From assembly GCF_009914755.1 (NCBI RefSeq), contig NC_060928.1: a stretch of DNA of 64,000 nucleotides; one strand, given 5' to 3'. Position 1 is the first letter of the stretch, and each line of letters starts with the position of its first letter. This document shows positions 58,431 through 64,000 of this stretch, piece after piece. The notes beneath the pieces are model-generated. The model did not search any database. It was not told the origin of the DNA and was given only the letters and a program-made list of their open reading frames with translations. The stretch is from the human T2T-CHM13v2.0 reference genome, Homo sapiens. Position numbers and translations under genes: made by a program.

Positions 58431-60405
58431 ACCTACCCCTATGTGACCAAATTTAGTCTACTTCAGGTGTGTAGACTGCATAATTATCAGAGTTAGTATT
58501 AACTAGTGGAATACACAACTTGAAAAAGTGCTTTTTTCCTGCAGCTATCTTTTTCCTGGCATATGTGACATTCCAAGCAGCAAGAATATCATGATCAAAA
58601 TCATTTTATAAAACTTTCATTGCTTGGCTGAGTCAATAATACATCTATCCATTTTGAAATCATGTTGAGACTTGAGTTGAGATGGTCAGGAATAGTTGCC
58701 ATTTAGCCCATTTCCTTTCTTCCTTCTGCTTTTCTGTGTTTGGTCTTACCATGTACATTTCCTTTTTGCTGCTTAACTCTTTAAACATACGCTCCATGTC
58801 TCAACTTCCTCTGCCTATTCCCTTTGTAACCTCTGAGTGCCTGACCGTGGCCATTTGTGTTCTACCAGAAGTCCTGAACCTTGCCATTTTGTCTCGCCTG
58901 TTTCTGCCCCAGTGAACCCTGCATATACAGTGCAGCCTGACTTCAATCATGATCACCTCCCTTAAGTCCATACAGGCCACGATTCATTTGTTAGCCATAA
59001 GTATCATTTTCATCATACATAAGCCCCTTAACCAAGAAGGATATAATGTAACTTAACCATATTTTCTAAATTGCTATTGGTCACTTAAGGCCCTCTATAA
59101 TCTACATTCTTTCCCTTATAAACATACAAGATTGTGCTCTTTTATTTTAGGACAAGCTGGCTTGATTATAAACACTTCAGGCTCATTTTCTTTTCTCATT
59201 TCTCAGCTTGCTGTGTTCTTGGCTTGACTTTGACTTGGTCCTTATCTCTTCATATTTATCTCTATCTTAATGAATCAGGATCACTTAATATGCAGTGCTT
59301 AATTTTATTAATTCTTCTAATTGGTGCTTATAAATTTGTTTGGTCTTTGCAGTTAGATGACAGATTACATCTGGAATGAATTCCATGTGTTCAAAGGGTA
59401 TGGTTGGAATTTAAAACTGTTTATCAGCTGTTAAGAGTACAGTATAGAGAAGGATTTTCTAGGCTGGAAGAATAACATGTGAGGGCCCAAGGCAGGAAAC
59501 TATAGAAGAATATGAGGGTTTGAGGAAAAACAATGAAATCATCACTGTTAGAGTAGACTGTGTTAGAGAGAAGTAGGTCAGTACAGGTGATGGAGTGGAG
59601 GATGTTAGAATACCAGATAAATTAATGACTATTTTGAAGATGCAGCAAAGGAGTGTAACCTCTTTCTTCACCTCTCCTTCCTATCTTTCAACTGGAACAG
59701 ATTTAAGAAAACTCAATTAACAAAAAATGTGTTATATTACCATGACAGTTTGACCTTGTCTGTAAACATTGGGTAGAGTGTCTCTTTAGTATATTTTGAT
59801 TGATGGATTTTCCTTAGCAATGTAGAAAAAAAGCACCAGGACTAATTGTAGAGGCTAGGTTATGCCTCTTTTGGGTAAGACTCCACCTCTTCATTATCTG
59901 ATCTTTATTTTGTCTGTTATAACAGATATATTTCCTGAGATGAAATAAACTTATCTCTTGGCATGATTTTCCACTGTGCTTGCTAGCAGAGGGGACTGAG
60001 AGGAAGCATATCCTGTTGTTTTATTCAAGGACAAGGTCATCTTGCCTTGGATTTGGGCCAAGAAACCCTGGCAACAAATAATAGATCTTTTTACCCCCAT
60101 TAGAAGTGAAGAAATGTATTTAGAAACTTGCCAAGACATTGCATACTCTGCTTATATGTGCTTTTTGTGTCACAGGACATAGTAAAGTAAGATCTTTGCT
60201 TTTAGTCAAAATAAGTATACCTCATATCTTTGCCTTTAAATATTTTTAGTAATGATCCATTAAAAAATCTGTTGGAAAATAAAATCAATTTAGATTACTG
60301 AAAAAAAGAATGATTAACTTAAGAAAAAGCAAATGCTCAAAATGTGTCATTAGGAATTCAGTTATTCTCCTTTAACCATTTAGCCCTAGTAAGATCAGTA
60401 ATCAG

Positions 60406-60407
60406 TT

Positions 60408-60485
<78 letters not shown>
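60406..60485. repeat. (TTTC)20 microsatellite
   Basis: Direct read. Confidence 0.97.
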
Positions 60486-60486
<1 letters not shown>

Positions 60487-60579
60487 CAATTTAAATATTA
60501 TATAAAATGCATCAAAGTAAATGCTCTGTAAGTTTGGTCTCATAGGTATAAGTATTCCTTAAACATAACCTGACATTTC

Positions 60580-60872
60580 TTTCTCTTTTTTTCGAGATGG
60601 AGTCTCGCTCTGTCGCCTGGGCTGGAGTGCAGTGGCGCAGTCTTGGCTCACTGCTACCTCCATCTCCCGGGTTCAAGCAGTCTTCCCCCTCAGTCTCCCA
60701 AGTAGCTGGGATTACAGGTGCGTGCCACCACGTCCAGCTAATTTTTGTATTTTTAGTACAGGTGGGGTTTCGCCATGTTGGCCTGGCCGGTCTTGAGCTC
60801 CTGACCTCAGGTGACCTGCCTGCCTTGGCCTCCCGAAGTGCTAGGATTACAGGCTGAGCCACCACGCCCGGC
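60580..60872 (-). mobile_element. AluS
   Basis: Full Alu with flanking acatttcttt direct repeat. Confidence 0.92.
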
Positions 60873-61834
60873 CCTAACATTTCTTTAATCTGCCTCCAGA
60901 GGTTTGACCAAACTCTTAATTTATTCAGGTAATCTATTAAGAATTCCTCCAGAGTAATGCTTAAGTTTTCTTCATTTTCTTTTGTTTAACAATAAAGGTA
61001 AAATCCTTTCACAGTTACTTTAAATCCTTAATGAAGTACTTTTTAATGCTTACTTTATATCCCTGATTTTTAAAAAAGTAACATTACTGTCATGTCTGTA
61101 GTGATCTTTATAAACTTTTGAAAGCCTTTTCAATTTAGATCAAATAACTTTAATCATTATATATTTTATTTGAATATGGTTTGCTTATAAGCTTTTTTGA
61201 AAAATATTTTAAAAATAAAACGAATGTCTAAATATATCTACATAGAGATATAACCATGTGAGCATGTATAAAAATATATACGTGTGCGTGTATAAGTGTG
61301 TTTGTAATTTAAATGAAAGTTTGTAAATGTGTCCTTAAGGTCTCTATTTAAATTTCCTTGTTCTGAGATCTTTGTTCTCTCTGACCTACTTTTTCTTCAT
61401 CCTTAAGGAGTGGTCTTTATCTTTATAGACATGACACATGCTTGTGATATTTCCATATAGTATTAAGATGCCAGTGCTATTAGTATTGTCTTAGGTATTA
61501 CACAGAATGGGCTAAATGGAACAGTGTCTGATTTTTGGAACATAAATTAAGAAACTAATAGAAAAAATATATTAGGGAATGTAGATATAAATTTGCTACT
61601 TTAAAGCTACTTTAAAGACATGATATAACAGAGCACACTTTAAAAATGCAACAAATTGCATCATACAAGAAGTTCCCTTAAGCTCACCAATGGTCCCTGC
61701 CACTCACTGTCTTTCCTATTGGTGCAGAAACACCCATGTCATAAAGAATTAATCACTTGTCACTCTCTGCCATTTCTTCTTCTTAACTGAACCCCTAACA
61801 TAGGCCTTATATGTAGTTATGTTTTTCTCTGTCT

Positions 61835-61837
<3 letters not shown>

Positions 61838-61877
<40 letters not shown>
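61838..61877. repeat. (GT)20 microsatellite
   Basis: Direct read. Confidence 0.97.
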
Positions 61878-61880
<3 letters not shown>

Positions 61881-63704
61881 ATATATGAGAATCTTATAAT
61901 TGCACAGTCTGTGATACATCATATCTTTATAACTTATCAATCATCCACTGTCTATATTTCTTTTGTACTCTGAAGTCACTATATAAATATGCCCCATATG
62001 CTTCAGATCTCTTCATTCTACATCAATAGACCAAATTCTCTTTTACAACTTACACTGGATATTCATCATAAAGGCTGTTTTCAGAGACATCTTAGGCATG
62101 AGTTAGCCTTAGATTTATTAACAAAGTGACAGCCTGAAAAATTTCTTTACAATTATCAAAGTTACATTCTTCTTTAATGAACTCTAGAGAAATACATTAT
62201 TGGTTTGTAATATTGACTTGGTTTGATTATTAAATGAAACATACCCTCCTTTCCCCTTTATTGATACATCTGTATACATGTACTTATTTCATATGTATGT
62301 GTATGTGTAAATATAATTAATCCATACTTTAATTTTTAATTTTAGTATGTAGAAAAAAACTAGAATTAAGATTTGCTTACTTTATTAGTAAAAATTGAGT
62401 TTTGAGAATATACGCTCTATCTCTTGTCATAGATGTTTTATTTTCTTACTCTTCTATAATAGAGTTGAAAATACAGATTACAATGGAGTCATCTTATTAT
62501 AGGGTATTTTCAGTGGGCAAAAATTTACTAAAAGTGGCAGAAAAGAACATCACACTTTTCATGATAAAGGAAGACAATAAAACATGAATGTGAAAAAGCT
62601 GAAGAGTTGTAATTTTTTCATTCCCTCTCTTTTCTTAGGGAAAAAAAAACGGGTAACCCAGACACTTTTACTCTGTGAAGTATTTTTATTAAGTGGAAGC
62701 ACTCTTGTTTATTTTTCTCAGTAATTAAGAAATATTTGGAGTTAAATGGGAGTATTCTGCCATATAATTTTTATGGGTACTATGGAACTGAGAAGGACTA
62801 ATAAAGGTACTATAGTAATTTTAATACTTAAACCTTAGGTACTTAGTATCCCAGTATCTTTAATTGTAGTGAAAAAGGAGATTGCCTTGAGTTCCTTGTC
62901 AGTAAAGATTTAGAATGATTCTATAGTCACTGGGCCTATAGTGGCTGGGTTGGTGGGGTTTGGGGGAAGTTCAGCAAAATTGAGCAATGAGTAAATTTAT
63001 GCCCCAGGTTTCCAGTGATTGAGAATGTGAAGGATGAAATTAGCTTTTTCTTTATGACTAATTGATTTTACACTTACTTGTTTTCTTAAAAGTATACTTT
63101 TGTTCATTTTAAATGGCAACTTAAAGATATGGATGCATAGGACTTCCTATTTCCTGTTGAAATTAATATCATTTGTTGAAATAGTCAAATGTCAAAATCA
63201 TAGTATTTTAGGGATAACATTTACCTAAATATAAAAATAACTTAAAACAATTTTATATAGAAGAGGGTACACTTTGAATAGCTAAACTAATTTTCACTGC
63301 TTTGTTTTTGTTACGGTTATTTGAGCAGCAGGTTGGTCTGTGTCTTATTTGTTATAACAAATAAAATTTGAAATAGCTTAGCTAAAGAAAATATAAACAC
63401 AGGTGACAACATTTCTTCTCCCTTTGCACTGTATATAGTGAACCTTTTATCACTAAAATCTTTTAATGTGTTCATTTTAGTTGGGCATATTCCCAGATTT
63501 CTTTACCGTTCATTGTCCTTATTTCCCCTCTGAAAAAAATGAGCAACCTGATGTAAATGAGAATTAAAGCATGTCTGTTGAACATCCTCACAAAAGTTCA
63601 TTAGTAGTGATATTAAGAAGTTTTTTCAAAAAAAAAAAGGAAATATGGATAACTTTAAAATGTCTTCTAGCTGTTTCTCAGAGCAAGACTAGTTAGGGAC
63701 TATC

Positions 63705-64000
63705 TTTTTTTAATTATTATTATACTTTAAGTTGTAGTGTACATGTGCACAACGTGCAGGTTTGTTACATATGTATACATGTGTCATATTGGTGTGCTGC
63801 ACCCATTAACTCATCATTTACATTAGGTATATCTCCTAATGCTATCCCTCCCCCCTCCCCCTACCCCACTACAGGCCCGGTTGTGTGATGTTCCCTATCC
63901 TGTGTCCAAGTGTTCTCATTGTTCAATTCCCACCTATGAGTGAGAACATGCAGTGTTTGGTTTTCTGTCCTTGTGATAGTTTGCTGAGAATGATGGTTTC
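63705..64000 (-). mobile_element. L1PA 3' end (relatively young primate), continues beyond the window
   Basis: attattatactttaagtt...gtgcaggtttgttacatatgtatacatgtg...cccacctatgagtgagaacatg. Confidence 0.95.

Noticed and set aside
60358-60543. Lys/Glu/Arg-repeat ORF (and HT-repeat ORF at 61749)
   Set aside because: Translations of the (TTTC)n and (GT)n microsatellites.

Overview
This is primate, very probably human, nuclear DNA. It is AT-rich, CpG-depleted and dense in Alu, L1, LTR and DNA-transposon relics. It is an internal, mostly intronic segment of RAPGEF2 (PDZ-GEF1, a Rap1/Rap2 GEF), transcribed on the + strand. Recognisable coding pieces are two exons of the long N-terminal isoform (25585-25660, 27982-28149), an 18-nt microexon (30556-30573) and the first coding exon of the canonical short isoform (MKPLAIPANH..., 54935-54994). 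Two further phase-compatible alternative first coding exons are missed by the ORF track: MGSAQCCREKSSYR (15047-15090, myristoylation/palmitoylation-like) and MAFLVRCYANCLQPWSSK (54035-54088). I also see a candidate alternative terminal exon or 10-nt poison exon at 35446 and a sense-oriented LTR12 solo LTR with eight CCAAT boxes. The most interesting hypothesis is a promoter-selected N-terminal membrane-targeting switch for RAPGEF2; some of these isoforms may already be annotated. There are no rRNA, tRNA, CRISPR or prokaryotic-type systems. Almost all supplied ORFs are repeat-derived or chance ORFs. Gene identity and repeat subfamilies come from recalled sequences, not a database search, and repeat boundaries without target-site duplications (TSDs) are approximate.
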